Assembly (NCBI GenBank): GCA_958009085.1
Contig: OY253670.1
Span: 1,612,001 to 1,676,000 of the forward strand
Direction of reading: 5' to 3'
DNA length: 64,000 nt
From: Protoeuglena noctilucae
Taxonomy: Eukaryota
The stretch's first letter is position 1. Every line of letters starts with the position of its first letter. Below are positions 36,210 to 50,206 of this stretch, piece by piece. The position numbers and the translations under genes are program-made. The notes under the pieces were generated by a model. It was given only the letters and a program-made list of their open reading frames with translations, was not told where the DNA came from and made no database searches.

Positions 36210-36611
36210 GGCCACGAACATGCTTAGGGGTGAAGGGAAGGATGCGAGATGGGGTGCTGTGGCCATTAACATGGCGTGTAGCTCGGCAGTTGAGGTGCCC
36301 TTGTGCAGGGCCATGGACGGTGGAGTGGGTGTGCTCAGGTGCTAGCTGAGACGCACCGCAAGGCATAGGATGCGAGAAAGCGAATGGGATGGGAGGTGGT
36401 TGATTCACGACAGCACTGGCCCGGACAACGGCCGTTTGAACGTGGCAGTGGGGCTGGCAACGCGAGTCACGAGTCACTTTCAGTCGCAGCGTCACTGACA
36501 CGGGACACGGCATCGCTTGCTTGACAGCCGCAGTCACGTGGAGTCACTAACCCTGGGCTTGGGGGCGCACCATCGCTGGCCTCGCCTGCACCGCCGCAAC
36601 CCCCGCTGCAT

Positions 36612-39354
36612 CTACGACCCCTCGCCCCCCTCGCCACCCTCGCTCCCCTCGCTCCCCTGCCCCGGCTTGCGCGCCACCAGCCTCAGCACCCGGTCCCGCC
36701 CCACCGCCCCCCCTCGCACCTGCAGCCGCGCCCCGTACTCGCACACCAGCCCCGCCGCCCACACGTGACGCAGCAACGCCCACTTGTCCTCACTACGCAT
36801 CACTGGGGGCAGCACGCGAGGGCACAGCATGGTGCACGCACATCTAGCTTGCCATGAGTAATATCGTCACACACGACAGTCGCCACCTCCGCATCGCATT
36901 CCCAGGCACAGCCACCCCGCCTGCCGCACTGCGTCTGCGCCCCTCACCCGCTTCCAGGCACAGTGCCCCCCCCGGCCGCAGCACCGACGCCACCTCGGCC
37001 ACCGCCCCCGCATCCCGCACCAAGGCCTTCACCACCGCCGCACCCGACTCGTCACCCCCGCTGCCTGGGCCCAGGTACACCACTGCCACATCGAAGAGGC
37101 CCCCACCCGTGGGACCCACTGCGGGAAGAGGAGCAGTGACGCATGAGATCACGGCACCCGTATGCCACTGCCACGAGAGGCTTGCTTGCGATGCACAGAG
37201 ACTTGCAAACACTTGACATCTCTTGCCATCTGCCCCACTCCCCTCGCCTTGCACCGCCGGCCCGCAGCTCCCCTCCGCCAGTGCCTCCCCCGCGAACGCC
37301 ACCGCCATGAGACCCCTCCGCAGGCACAGGCCCGGGTCCGCGTCGATGCCCACGCACTGCAGTCCCTGGCTGGCCATGAGCTTGGTCAGCGCGCCCGCCC
37401 CGCTCCCCACGTGGAGCACGCGGTGACCTGGGGGCAGCGGAGAGGTGGCGAGGGTGGTGGTGCGGTGGCAAGGGTGGAAAGCGCACGTCAGGGAGCGAGG
37501 GTGGTGGAGCACAGGTTGTCATCATCGACAGAGGGGGAGATGGAGAGGATGGCACAGCTATGCGCATGCACACGTGAGTAAGAGTGACTAGTGCGTCGCG
37601 CGTGGGCTCTGCGCGCATCCAACTTCCACTCACCCAGCGTGGGCGACCCCTGCATGCCCCCCGCCGCGTTGCCCATCCGCGGGAACGACGACTCTGCCGT
37701 GGCGATCACCCCCCGGCTGTACATGTCATCCAAAAAGTCGATGCCGGGTGGGGGCGCGCCCGCCATGCCTGGGGAAGGAGTGGGGAGTGGGTACGTGAGG
37801 GATGGGCAGTGGCATCCGTCAGTGTCAGTGCAAGGGTGAGTGGTGGATGCATGTGCCTGCCCTGCCAGCGTCACAATGTGCCATCACTCACGCACTCACA
37901 CCCACGGCCACCCCCCCACTCACCCGTGTCCGGCAGCTCCCCGTCGACGGACTCCAGCGCCGCTTCCCTCGCAGTCGCGCCCGCCTGGTCCCACGAGAAC
38001 CCCGGCTGCCAGGGCCGGGGAGGGGCGGGGCGGCCAAGCCCGGGGCTCACGCGGCCGTCTTGCAGCCGGGACAGCAGGTCGGGCAGACCCGAGACTGGGG
38101 GGGTTGGAGGCGGCATGGGTGCGGAGAACGCAGGGGGCAGGCGGTGTGCAGGCCTGCCGAGCTGCCACTGCCCGTCCCCCAGTGTATGGTCATGTCGCAT
38201 GCGTGTCACACTGCGCATCTCCTGTGGCAACCACTGCACTCGCAGAGCACGCTTCACAGGTCTCACCCGTGAAGGTGGGCACTGCCCCCCCCAGCGCCCC
38301 CGCCGCCGCCACCTCGTTCCCCCCCTCCTCGATGAAGCACGTGGCGGTGCCTGCCCCGTTGCCGCACTCGACGTCCTCGGTCGAGTCACCCACCATGAGC
38401 ATGTCACGGGGATCTGAGGGGAGAGAGTGGCATATGGGCATGGGCACGCTATGGCAGAGAGGGCAGCGCAGCGAGCAGAGGGCATTACGTGTCGCATCGG
38501 TCAGGCATGTGTCGCAGCAGCACTGACTGTCCCCCCCCTGGCCTCACCCACGCCCCACTCGTCCGCCAGGTCCCTCAGCAGTCGGTAGTCGGGCTTCACA
38601 TGGCGGTGGTGCCGAGTAATCACAGCGTCGAAATACCCCTCATACCCGGGACCCAGCACCCGCAGGAACCCATCCACGCTCGCGGGGGTGTTGCGCGTCA
38701 CCAGGGCCACGCGGGTGTCACCCGACGCCTTGAGGTAGTCGAGGAGCTCTCGCAGACCGGGCATGATCTGCAGAGTCTCCACCGCCTGCCTCTGCGGACG
38801 GACCGGTAGGCGACGGTGAAGGGGTGGCAACACAAGGGCAGCGGTGGGGGCAGCGGTGGAGGGGGCAGCGCCAGGGGTAGCAGTGGGGACCGTGCACCAC
38901 ATCTGCCGCTCCTGCTCCGGCTGCCCCTCGCCTCGAGCTCGATGATGAGCGCCATGGCGTCGGCAATGCGGGCCTCGTCCGGCCAGGCCTCCATCGTCGT
39001 GAAGAGGTCGCCGAAGGGGATGCCGCACCGCTCTCGCATCGTGTCGAAGTCGATGTTGGACACCGTCAGGGTGCCATCCATGTCAAAGACGACGCCCTTG
39101 TAGCGGAACGGCTTTGAAGGGGCAGCCGGGACGGTGCCGGCCACGGCGGGCGCCGTGCCACGCGCCTGGACGAGCCGCGTGCCAGCGAGAGGCCCAACGG
39201 AACGAGCGGTCGGGAGAGGATGCAGCGTGGAGAACCGCGGCGCAGACTTCCGTCGGCTGCAAAAGGGGCACACGGTGAGAATTCGCGTCCATCAAGGAGA
39301 TATGTGGGAATTGGACTGGTCCCTTGCGCGTCACTGACCTCCAGCTCACTGCAT
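36612..39354 (-). CDS. HAD-family hydrolase fused to a C-terminal class I SAM-methyltransferase-like domain
   Basis: VVFDMDGTL (motif I), LVTRN (II), KPD (III), MVGDSTEDVECG (IV); then VLHVGSGAG...VGIDAD...FDVA...VLRPGGALCLE. Confidence 0.8.
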
Positions 39355-39838
39355 CTGCGACTCTTGCGGTCTCGGGGCGGACATCGAGCAAGCGCGGGCC
39401 CGCTCCCACAGCCGTAGGCCCCATCGCGCCCTCGACGCGCGCGCGGGCTGGAGAGCCGCAAGCGATGGGAGGATGGATAGAAGGGTGCGCTAGGCACGTC
39501 GGCACAGCGATGTATTCTGAAATGGCGCCGCCCACAAGCTTGAGATGTGCAGCCCCCAATTCAGTGCCGAGATTGCGGGTCCAAACCCCCAGCTCACGTT
39601 ACAGATACGAATTTGTGCCGAGACAATGACTCGCTGGCCAACTTACCTCGCGACGGACTCGGGCACTTCTCGGGCACGCCCGCCCGACAGCTCTTCTCGC
39701 GATCTCCCCCGCCACGCCCGACGGCCAGTCGTGCTATTTCGAAGTCTCACTGCTGCCAGGTCGTAACGGTCGCAGCGCGGATCACAGGCGGACCTCCGAG
39801 GTTTCACAACACCGCACTTGGGGGGGCGGAATGGGACG

Positions 39839-41831
39839 ATGGCAGTGAACTCGTGAGTGCCCGGGCGTTCCTCGACAAGACATCGACGAGCGCTGCAGCT
39901 TGGCCCACCACCGGCGCTTCCCAGATCCGCGCCGCGGCCGGGAGGGGACACCGTGTCCGAATTAGGCAGGCTCCGCGCACGCGGCTCGCTCACGCCCACG
40001 CCCCCCGCCTGCGCAGTGTGCCTGTCGAAACGGGGGGCAAGGATGCCCCGGCCATCAGCAGGCGCGAGCTCCTAGAGGAGTACGGATGCGCGGGAGGTGA
40101 CGGCCTGACGACGGCGTGCCGCGCCGCGGCGGGCTCGCGGCCGCTGCGCTCGGGGCTTGTTCGCCCGGCTCCCGTGTGGGCGTCTTTCCCGCAGCGCCCG
40201 CGCGCGCCCCTGGCGGTCGGCGGACCCCTCCGCGGGGGCCAGCAATCTGTTGCGTGGCCGGGCCACGCCGCCCCCGCGGCCCGCTCGCCGCGCGACCCGC
40301 CCCTCCCCGCGCTCTCCGCAGGTGCGGGCGAGCCGGTGTGGACGTCGCGCGAGAGGCGCCACGACTTCTACCGCTACGAGGCGGAGGAGGAGGTGCACAC
40401 GACCCGCCGCAAGCGCATGCTCCGCAAGTACCCTCAGATCCGGGAGCTGTACAAGCCCGACCCGATCATCGCGGTGCAGACGCTGTCGGTGGTGGCCATG
40501 CAGATGGTCATATGCTGGATGATGCGGGACAAGGCCTGGTGGTTCGTCGTCCTGTGGTGCGTGCGGCCGCTGTCATCGCAGGCGTGCATGCCCTGGCTGG
40601 CTCTCTCCAGCACTCCAGGGTGTCGACCCCGTGTATCTCTCCCGCAGTGGCTACTTCGTGGGCGCATTCGCCAACCAGAACCTCTTCCTGGCCATCCACG
40701 AGCTCACCCACTGCACGGCGTTTGGCATGCGGCGCAAGTGGCCCAACATGCTCGTGGGGTACCTGGCCAACACCCCCGCCGTCGTGCCCATGTTCACCAG
40801 CTTCAGGAAGTACCACATGGACCACCACACGGCCCTGGTGAGTGACAAGAGGAGGGGCGCATGTGGGGTTTGGTGTGTGACGATGCAGTCGCGGAAACGG
40901 GTCACCCCCACCAACCCCACCCACCGTCGCTGCTCCCCCAGGCCGTGGACGGCGAGGACGTCGACGTTCCCACGGCATTCGAGGGCCTCCTCATCAACAA
41001 CACCTTCACCAAGCTCACGTGGGCGTCCCTACAGGTGACCTAAACACACTCTTGAATGCCTTCCATGCGCATGCATGCATGCCCCCTCGCCACTAGCATG
41101 CCCACCTCCCTCCCTCACCCCTGCAGATCCTCTCCTACGCCCTCCGCCCCGTGCTGGTCAAGCCCAAGCCCCCCGCCCTGGACGACGCCCTAAACTGGCT
41201 CTACATCCTGGCCGTCGACGCCCTCGTCCTGCGCTTCTGGGGCCTCCAGTCCTTCCTCTTCCTCGCCTACTCCTCCCTCCTGGGGGGCGGCCTGCACCCG
41301 ATGGCCGGCCACTTCATCGCCGAGCACTACGTCTTTGTGGACGGGCAGGAGACCTACTCCTACTACGGCGCCCTCAACTGGATCACCTACAACGTCGGGT
41401 ATCACGTGGAACACCACGACTTCCCGCGCATCCCTGGCACGCGGCTGCCCGCCCTCCACCGCATCGCCCCGGAGTTCTACCAGCACCTCTACCACCACAC
41501 CTCCTGGGTGTGGGTCATCTGGACCTACATCACCTGCCCCGCCATGGGGCCCTTCGCGAGGTACAAGCGCAAGAACTACTTCGAGACCAAGGCAGCGCGC
41601 ATCAAGTCCAAGGTGAGAAGCGAGTGGCGTGATGCGCATGAACAGCATGTGTCTCCTCATGCCGTCTGGTAGCTGTGAGGTCGCATGCACTTGGACCACT
41701 GCCCCAGCATCACCGTCACTTTGGCCCCGTGTCGGTGCACGCAGCTGCTGCAGAGCTGCGACGACGACGGGCGCGCCACGAGCAAGAACAGCGACGCCGC
41801 GCGCAGCCACGGGTCGAGCGCGACGGAGTGA
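39839..41831 (+). CDS. DES1: Sphingolipid delta-4 desaturase / C4-hydroxylase (DES1/DEGS family)
   Basis: H..RRK.ML.KYPQI; His boxes HELTH, HMDHH, HVEHH; HPMAGHFIAEHY; QETYSYYG. Confidence 0.95.
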
Positions 41832-42353
41832 CGGAGCAGCGTCGGGGTCAGCGCCTGCGGTGGCGGGCGCATCGGGGTGTGTGGCAGTGCCTGTCCGCGC
41901 CGGCTGCCCTGGGAGACGGGGCGTCGCTGGCTGGCGTGACGGCGCTGCTGTTAGTGCTTGCATGATGTGTCACGGTGATGCCGGCATAGAGCTGTGTTTT
42001 GAAGTCATGGTGTCGCTGTCAGCGTCAGACACTGGCGTGACGGTGGGGTGCCTAGCGTCGCTGTGGGGGCTATGATCCCCGAACCGTCGCGCTACATGCC
42101 ATTTTGCCCCTTCTTCCGGTGCGCCCGTCGTCCCGCTGCCGTCTCCTGACCCTTGCCTCCCCAGCACACCCAGCGTGTTATCTCAGAGAAAGACTCCTGG
42201 CCACCCGCGTTGCGCGCTCCCGACACCCAGTGACTGTGCTGCTTCCAATCATCGCGACAAGCCGTTCGGCACACGTCGCGGCCGCTCTCGGCGCGCTGCT
42301 CGTCGGGGGAGACGCACGGACTGTGCTGCGCGGCCGTGGATCGCGCGCGGGCC

Positions 42354-42940
42354 ATGGCGGCGTCCGTGGGGATGAAGCGGAGGCCGGACAGCGATGCCGT
42401 GTCCCTGGGTTTCGGCGTCCCGGCCATCCGGAGCCGCCCCACGCGGGCCGACCCGTTCGAGGAGCTGATGGCTTCTAGAGTGAGGCGCCCTCGAGGCTAC
42501 GCGGCGCAGCTGTTCAAACGCTGCTTCCTGACGCTCTTACTGAACGCGTCGCTGGCCGGGGAGGAGGGCCCCGAGCGCCACGGAGGCGGCGCGCGGTTTC
42601 AAAACTGTTCGGCTGAGCTTGCTTCGGCCGCAGGGGCGTTTATTGACGGAGGAAGACTGTTCCATGGGCCTGGACGAGACGAGGTGTTCGCACTGGTGAG
42701 ACCCGCCTCCTCAGCCCCGCGCTGCCCTCTCTGCCGGGCCTCTGCCGGGCGACCCCACCTCCTCGCCTGCCCCCACCTCCCTGCAGCGGCACCTGGCTGG
42801 CGTGCGGGACCGCCTGCACGTGCGATCGGTGCGCCGAGGTCCTCTGCCCGACGTGCAGTGTCAAGGACTACGCCATGCCCCAGGACCGGACCTTCTGCCT
42901 TGACTGCCACGACGCCGAGAGGGCCGCACGGCGCAGGTGA
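42354..42940 (+). CDS. Small 3-exon Cys-rich zinc-finger protein, Siva-like C-terminus
   Basis: GT-AG introns with donors at about 42480 and 42696 join to ...RCSHCGTWLACGTACTCDRCAEVLCPTCSVKDYAMPQDRTFCLDCH...*. This product is absent from the ORF track. Confidence 0.7.
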
Positions 42941-43460
42941 CGTGCAGGAGGCCTTGCTCGATGTTCCTAGTTGATATCGGTGCATGTATCTCGTGCTTGG
43001 TCATGATGGCTGTCCCTGTACTTGGCACGCGATTGACCCACACAGCTGCCGTGGCACGCAGGGCCTCCCCCTCTGGGCCAGCTAGCGGCCCCCACACCCC
43101 ATCCGCGGCGCGCGTCGCGAGCGGAGTGCCCCCCGCCAGCCCCGCCGCCACCCCCGCACCGGCGTCCACATTGCGGGGCAGCGCAGAGGCAATCACGCTT
43201 GCCACGCCCCACTCCGGCGCGCCCTCCCCTCTGCCGTCCGGGGTGTGGGGCGCTGGCATCCGCAGGGCCACCGTGAGCCCCGCCAGCGCTGCTGTCGTGG
43301 GGGGCTCCATGTGGTGATACGTGTGCCATGGTTTGGCTGCCGTGGTCGTGCCCTCCGTCTTCCCTCGCTGGTTAGTCTCCAGTCATTCGTATCTTCGAAT
43401 ACCTTAATCGGAGTCTATTTATTGAACCACTGCCGTACTACTCCAGCCCCACTCGTCGCT

Positions 43461-44521
43461 TCACTCCACGTCGGAGTCCTCCAGGTCCGCCCGCATCTGC
43501 TCCATCGCGCCCTCGTCCACCTCCACCCTAGTCTTCCCACCCGCACCCGCAACCCCGACTGCTTCTCCCCCGCCCCAGCCACTCGCGTGCGCGCCCCCTC
43601 CTCCCGACGGCGCCAGTCGCGCCCTCACGGCCATGATCTCCTCAGGCGCGCTGTCCTGACTCAGCCCCTCCTGTGCCAGCGAGCCCCGCAGCAATTCCAC
43701 CGCGAAGGACCCCTGTTCGTCCGCGTTCGCATCCGACACCATCGACAGCACCTCCGGCCCCACCTCAATGCAGGCAAGCCTGCAGGTGAGACGACAGATG
43801 GCGGCCCACTCAGCAGCCGTGCAAACCGCACTCCTGACCATCAGCGGCACCTGCCATCTGTGCCAGGCAACATCCGTGCAAGGGCGCAGCCAGCCCTCTT
43901 CACCTGCATATCTGCAGCAACCGCCGGGCCAGGTGCACCTCGATGGGACGCCCCAGCACTGCCTTGGCCGCGCTGGTCCCCTTCTTGGCACCCGCCCGCG
44001 CCCTCTGCGGTGCAACGCGGTGCGACGTGGCGTCAAGGTTGCCAGTCACGTCCCATGCCAGACCACAGCTTGGCCGCACAGTGCCATGCCAACGCTCGCC
44101 TTGGGTGCTGGCTGCTTCCCATCCTCATCTTCCTGCCCGCCCGCACTGCCGGCCGCGACTCCCGGAGACTGCTCGGCGAAGATCATGTCGACGGTCGCAC
44201 CCGCCACGTGCTGCATTGGCACAAGCAAAGAGGGCCTCGTTGCTGGCCTCGTGACGGGCCCTAGCGAAGGCTCTACGGCCCCTGCCCGCGCACCATGTAA
44301 TTCTTCAGGGCTTTCTCCTGCAGGCCCAGCTCTTGCTCCAGCATGCGGAGCAGCCTTTTGACCGTGAGCGCCTCCTCATTCGCGAGGATGTACTGCAGAG
44401 GGAGACCCAACGCGTTCTCCGCTGGCAGTCGCTGGCAGACAAGACCGACACTCGCGGTGCTGTGTCTCACCTCCTTTCGCGCGAGAATCGCGTCCCGCAC
44501 GGACTCCACCGACACCGCCAT
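43461..44521 (-). CDS. Putative DEK-C / HIRIP3-like chromatin protein
   Basis: N-terminal helical VRDAILARKEYILANEEALTVKRLLRMLEQELGLQEKALK; acidic C-terminus. Family assignment by resemblance only. Confidence 0.5.
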
Positions 44522-44869
44522 CGGCGTTTGCGCCAAGGTGCACTCCCCGAAGCCGGAGTTTCGCAATCTGCAGCGCCGAGCAGAAAGACTAGCAATCAGG
44601 CGACGTAATTCAGGAGGTGCGCTCTTCGAAACACCGGTCGCGAGCCGCAGGGACGCTCTGGTGTCTACGAGGAGGATTCGATAGATTTTTCAAAGTCTGT
44701 CCTTCCGCGCTCCCTTCTCTCGCCGTCGTTCGGTGCTGCACTGTCACTGAATCCAGCGGCATCGTCAGGATGTGCCGAAGAGCTCCGTTTGCTGTGAAAC
44801 GGCAGCGGCTGTCGAGCGCCAGAGGGCAACAGGTCTTCAACGTCGCACCCGGCGCGTCATTCGCATTCA

Positions 44870-46912
44870 TCACTCGATGTTATAGCGCTCCAGCACGGAG
44901 GCCACCGTCTCGCGCTGCGCGGCCAGGTGCCCGAGCACGTCCGTGGCGAACTCGACGAACTCGTGCCAGTCGATCTCCCCGTTCTCGTCCGCGTCCACCG
45001 TCTGCACGATGGCCTGGATCTGCAGCGGCGTGAGCCCCAGCTCGGTCGTGCCCAGCGCGTGCAGCATGTCCACCGCCTCCACGTACGATAGCACGCCCCG
45101 CCCGTCCGTGTCCGCGTTCTCAAAGATCTGCGGGGACACGCGGGGCTGGCGTCACATCACGCTAGGGCAAAAGAAGCGATCCCTCGTATGCCCGGGACCT
45201 CCCAGGTCTCACCTGCGCCAGGAGCCCCGCGGCCTCCTGCGGGTCCACGTCGGCGAACTCCTGCATGGCGTGGCTCTCGGCGGCCGCGGCGACCGTCATG
45301 GCGCGGTCAGTCTGGCTGCGCATGCCCATGCTGCGCTGGATGACCTCGGCGGCGGCGGGGACCAGCCGCGCGTAGGCGATGGTGCCCGTGTCGGCGTTGG
45401 GGGTCGCCTGGGGAAGGGCCATGATGGTGGCCAGCTGGAGGCGGGAGAGGCCCAGCCACTGGTAGGACATGTCCATCAGGGCCGCGCGCACTTCCTTGGC
45501 CGGCAGGTGGCCGCTGTCCTCGGGGTCCAGGCGGGAGAAGCCCTCTAGGAGGCCACGCTGCAGGGCGTCCTGCGACACACGACACGGGGGGCAGGTGCTG
45601 CAAGGGGGATGGGTGCACGTCCAGGAGCCAGCGGTGTGGTGGGAATGGCGAGTGCAGAGTGCCGAGTGCCGCCAGCTGTGCCCCCGGGCTGGGCTCCCCG
45701 GCTGTACTAAAGCACTGTCCCTCGCACCTCGGACGACCACGCCGCCTCATGCACGAGGTCCTGCGCCAGTCGCTCGGTGAGCACGGCCAGTGCGACGGGC
45801 ACGAACTCCGCGTACTCGATGGCGCCGTCCTGGTTGACGTCGGCTGCCGACATGATGAGGTTGATGTCCTTGCGCGTGAGGCCCAGGTCGGCGTTCACCA
45901 GCGCGTTGCTGCGGGCGGGGCACGGCGGGACGCCTCGCGAGAGGGCAGAGGCTGCAACATGTGTTGCCACATCTGCCGTGTGCATTATTACCACGCATCA
46001 CCCCCACGCCCCGCTCACCGGAACTCGGTGCGCGACAGCCAGTTGCTGCCGTCGCGGTCGGCCTTGAGGAAGATGGCCCGCAGACGCGCGTCCAGCTGCT
46101 CCTTGGACATGCCCTTCACCAGGATGGCCTCCGCCTGCCGCAGCGCCTCCGCCTCCCTCTGCAGCCGAGCGGGGGGGCAGGGCAGCGTGAGTTGACTGCA
46201 GCAGCGAGCACGCCACGCCTCATCTCCCGCACAGGCTCCCGCACCTGCTTGCTGGCCTCGGCCACCTCCCCTGAGACCTGCATCGACTGCAGCAGCTCAA
46301 TGGCCAGGGGCATGAACTCCCCGTACTCAATCACGCCGTCCTCGTTCTCGTCCACCTCGGCCATGATGGTGTTGATCTCGCGGCTCGTGAGGCCCAGGCG
46401 AGCCGACGCCAGGCACTTCTTGAACTCCTGACGGTCCAGGAAGCCGCTCTGGTCCTCATCGAACTCCTGCAAGGTGGGCGGGCAGGGCAGGGCAGCGTCA
46501 GCGACCACCCACCACCGCAGTTAGCAGGTCCCATCTCGTCCCCCGTCTTGCCTTGAATATCTGCAGCACAATGTCCTCCAGCTCCTGCTGCGACATGTCG
46601 GAGATCTTGTGGTGCTGGCTCGACGCCACGGCGCCCATGGTCCCCGCCGACTCGCGCAGCAGCTCCGCAAAGTACTGCGATCCGAACTCGTAGATGTTGT
46701 CCGGCTGCGGGCGGCAGGGCGGGGAGGACAGGGTTCCAGGGTCGCGCCCAGCCGCGGCGGCACGGCATGGCACAGCGGAGGGCGAGGCACGAGGCCCGCA
46801 GCTCCCTCCGATGGGTCCTCGCCTGCTGCCTCAGGATCTCTCTGGAGAAGTTTTTTAGCAGCGCGGGGAACCCCGGCGGGATGCTAAAGATCTTTTGGTA
46901 GCGTGACGACAT
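44870..46912 (-). CDS. RSP7: RIIa (D/D) domain plus multiple EF-hand protein, radial spoke protein 7-like
   Basis: IPPGFPALLKNFSREILRQQPDNIYEFGSQYF; EF hands DEDQSGFLDRQE, DENEDGVIEYGE, DRDGSNWLSRTE, DVNQDGAIEYAE, DADENGEIDWHE. Confidence 0.78.
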
Positions 46913-47978
46913 GGCCCCGCCTGCCCGCCGAGGGGGCCTGCCCGGGGGTCTCCCGCACCTCCTCCGCCGAGTCTACCTGTATCTGCAACGGTGCGAGGAT
47001 CCAGCGAAGCCAATAAGGGCACCACGGGAGCGAGAGACGGCGGACTCGGGAACGCTGCCCCGCCAGCACATCCAGCGCGCGGTTGAGAGCAGCAACCTCT
47101 CACCTGCTGCTACTTGGACTCCTCAGCAGTGCGCCAGCCTCAGACTTTGTTCACTGTGCGCCACACGCTCCTGCGGGCGACCCATGTCAGCGGTCACGCA
47201 GCAGCGCGCAGAAACGCCCCGGCCGCGACTGCATGGCAACGGGGGTGAGAGCGGGGGAACCGCGTTTGCAAGGTCAAGGCAGACCGCGATGGCGGGGTGC
47301 ATTGGAAGCGGAGGGGAGGGCGGCAAGCAGACCAAAGATGGCACGGGGTGCCTGGCCCGCCCGGCGCTGCGCTTGGACTGAGGGAAGTGGACGCAAGCGT
47401 GCGAAACAAGGACTGTTTAGACAACCGAAGCGCGGCATTCCCATGTCAAGGCGCGCGTGTTTCGCGCCCCGCATGTCGGCCCCTGCATGATGACCCCGGA
47501 CATTCGTCCATGGGCAACAACTGGGACCGCGCGAGAAAACCAGTTGAATCACGATACCCCTCGATCAAACGTATCCCAGGGAAGCCGCGGCGGACGACCC
47601 TCATCCGGGGCAACTCACCCAAACAATAAAGTCGCCCGAGATGCACAGGGAATGCGTACACTATCGCATAAGGACGCACAACGAAGTGGTGGACCGCACG
47701 GGGCCCTCCTGGGGACGAACGAGCCCCGAGTTTCGCGCGTCAGAATTTGCCCCGTTTCACATCTTCCCGATGCTCTCGCGCCATCGTCGCCATCAGTATT
47801 CCGCAACGTCGCTGCGCAACCAGCCCGCCTTCTTTCCACGCCCACTCACGGGTCGAACTCGCTCACAACACAAAGTCCGCGGCTTTTCTGCATCGCAGCC
47901 GACCTTCGAGGCGACGGTTCATTGCGAGGCGTATCCCGTCATCGCGGCGTGCGCGAACCGACCGGACGGCCCTCAGAT

Positions 47979-50206
47979 ATGGCGATGCATGTCTGCGTCC
48001 CGCGCATCGCCCGTGCGGCGCCTGGGGCGAATGACGCGGCGCCTTTTCAGGTCCGCCGTGCAGCTGTGCAGCCCATCTGGCGTCCCGCGGATCGCCAACC
48101 GCTGGGACGAGGGAAGAGGGCGCGCGGACCCCCGCACGGTCCGTGCCGCGCCGCGTGGCTCGCCGACGTCGCGGCCGCGTCCAAGAAGCTGCCTTCGCCG
48201 CCGATGGAGGCGATGAAAGATATCGCGTCTGTTGGGATGAGCTTTTCCGCCGAGGCCACGCGCGCGACGGTGCTTGCGGCCTCGGGGATGGTGGCCACGT
48301 ACGTCGCCGCGTGGGCCGCGCTGCGGTGGCTGGAGGGCGTGAACGAGCGGGTGCAGGCGGCCGCACGGGACAGGTCGATCGTCGATGGGACGGTGAGGCT
48401 CCCCCGATGCGCCGGAGGCCGTCCAGGCCTGGCGGCAAGAGCGAGGGTGCAGATATACCCACATGAATGTGCCCCCGTCGCAGGAACTCTTCGGCGTGCT
48501 CTTCTCTCGCGAGGTTCTCTTATCCACGACCGTCACGGCGATCAAGCGCCCCCTCGAGATCCTGCTGCCCCTGGGATCGGCCGTGCAGGCCCTGCGCATC
48601 CTCTACGCCTACATCGACTGGCAGGTCCACACGGCCAAAGTGCAGCTGCCCAGGTCAGATGCGAAGAGTGCTGTGACCGGCCGATGCCGTGCGTGTTGTT
48701 CCGCCCCAGCATGCCCACCGTCATACCCCCCCAACTGTGTCCCCCCCTGCAGCAGCCTCGAGAGCGCCGCGCATGCCGTGCTGCACGCCCTGGGCGCCCT
48801 GGACTCCGCCGCCTCGCGTGTCATGCACGTGGCCCTGGTGGCCCTGGCCGGCTGGGCCATGCTGCGCTTCAAGGATCGGCTGATGCAGTTCGCGGTGGAC
48901 GACGACGACAAGCGCGTCGACAAGCAGCGAATGGTGCTCAGGGCGCTGCTGCCCATCTCGGGGTGAGACTGGCGAGGTTGAGCTGGGACGGAGCAGCCGC
49001 GGGCCCCACGCCAACTGAGCCGGGCTGCTAGGCCCTCCTTGCATGCCGCTCTCAGCCAACTCTCCCCTTCCCCTCTCCCCCAGCCTCATCACCTGGGTGC
49101 TCATCGGCGGCGTCGCCCTCACCATCCTGCGCCAGTTCGGCATCGACATCCAGCCCCTCCTCACCGTCGGGGGGTTCTCCGGCGTCGTACTCGGCTTCGC
49201 GGCACAGGTGAGGACGTGCCTCATCCATGGCAATCACATGACACGCATGCCATCTGCAGCTGTCCGAACACACAACACATCCCCCCCTCCACCCCCCGCC
49301 CTTCTCCCCACCCAGGGCCCCCTCACCAACCTCCTCTCCGGTCTCCAGCTCTACCTCTCCCGCCCCTTCGTCGTCGGGGACCGCGTGGAGCTCAAGACCC
49401 CCGGGGGCGGCACCCTCATCACGGGGTTCGTGGAGAGCATCGAGGCGAGGAGGGCCACGACTGCCACGTGTCATGCATGACGCGACGCTAATGGTCGCAC
49501 CTAGTCATCATCGGCACTAGATGAGTGACACGAGCGGTGTAGTGGTCATGGTTGCGGACGGCGAGTGATACCTACACCCCCCCCGCAGCCCCTGCGCACG
49601 TGCATCACCTCCGACACCTATTACCCCGTCTCCATCCCCAACAAGATCGTCACCGACACCCTCGTCACCGTCCTCTCCAAGCCTGCCGCCAGCACCTTTG
49701 CCAACACCCGCATCGGCCGCCAGGTCACCGCCACCCTCAACGTGCGATACCACGACATGGACAAGATGCCCGGGATCGTGGCGGAGCTCAACACGTGGCT
49801 TAAGAACCACCCGGGCGTCGACCGCAACAAGCCCTACTACGCCGTGTGGAGCGACATGAGCCACTACAACCTGGCCATATCCGTCCTCTGCCACACCAAC
49901 CGGCTGTGGTCGCTGCAGGCGTCCCGACTCAAGCAGGAGCTCTTCCTGGAAGCCAACCGACTCATCCGCAAGGCCGGGTGAGGGATTGCGAGGGGCAGCG
50001 GCAGGCGGCAAGGACGGCGTGGTCGACATGCGAGCACCGACATGCGAGCATCCACACATGCATTTCGGCACCGCATCCGCAGGGCCGACTTCGCCGTGCC
50101 GACGCACATGGTGGAGGTCGTGGAGCGGGGCAACGGCGGCCACGCCAACGGCGTGTCGGACGCCGTCAAGGCCGCCGGGGCGGGTCCGGGCCTCGGGGGC
50201 CGATGA
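47979..50206 (+). CDS. MscS-like mechanosensitive channel, probable organellar transit peptide
   Basis: FGIDIQPLLTVGGFSGVVLGFAAQGPLTNLLSGLQLYLSRPFVVGDRV; VSIPNK. Confidence 0.9.

Noticed and set aside
42861..43310. 149-aa minus-strand ORF
   Set aside because: No motifs; it lies in the probable 3' UTR of the 43461 gene and overlaps the Cys-rich gene.
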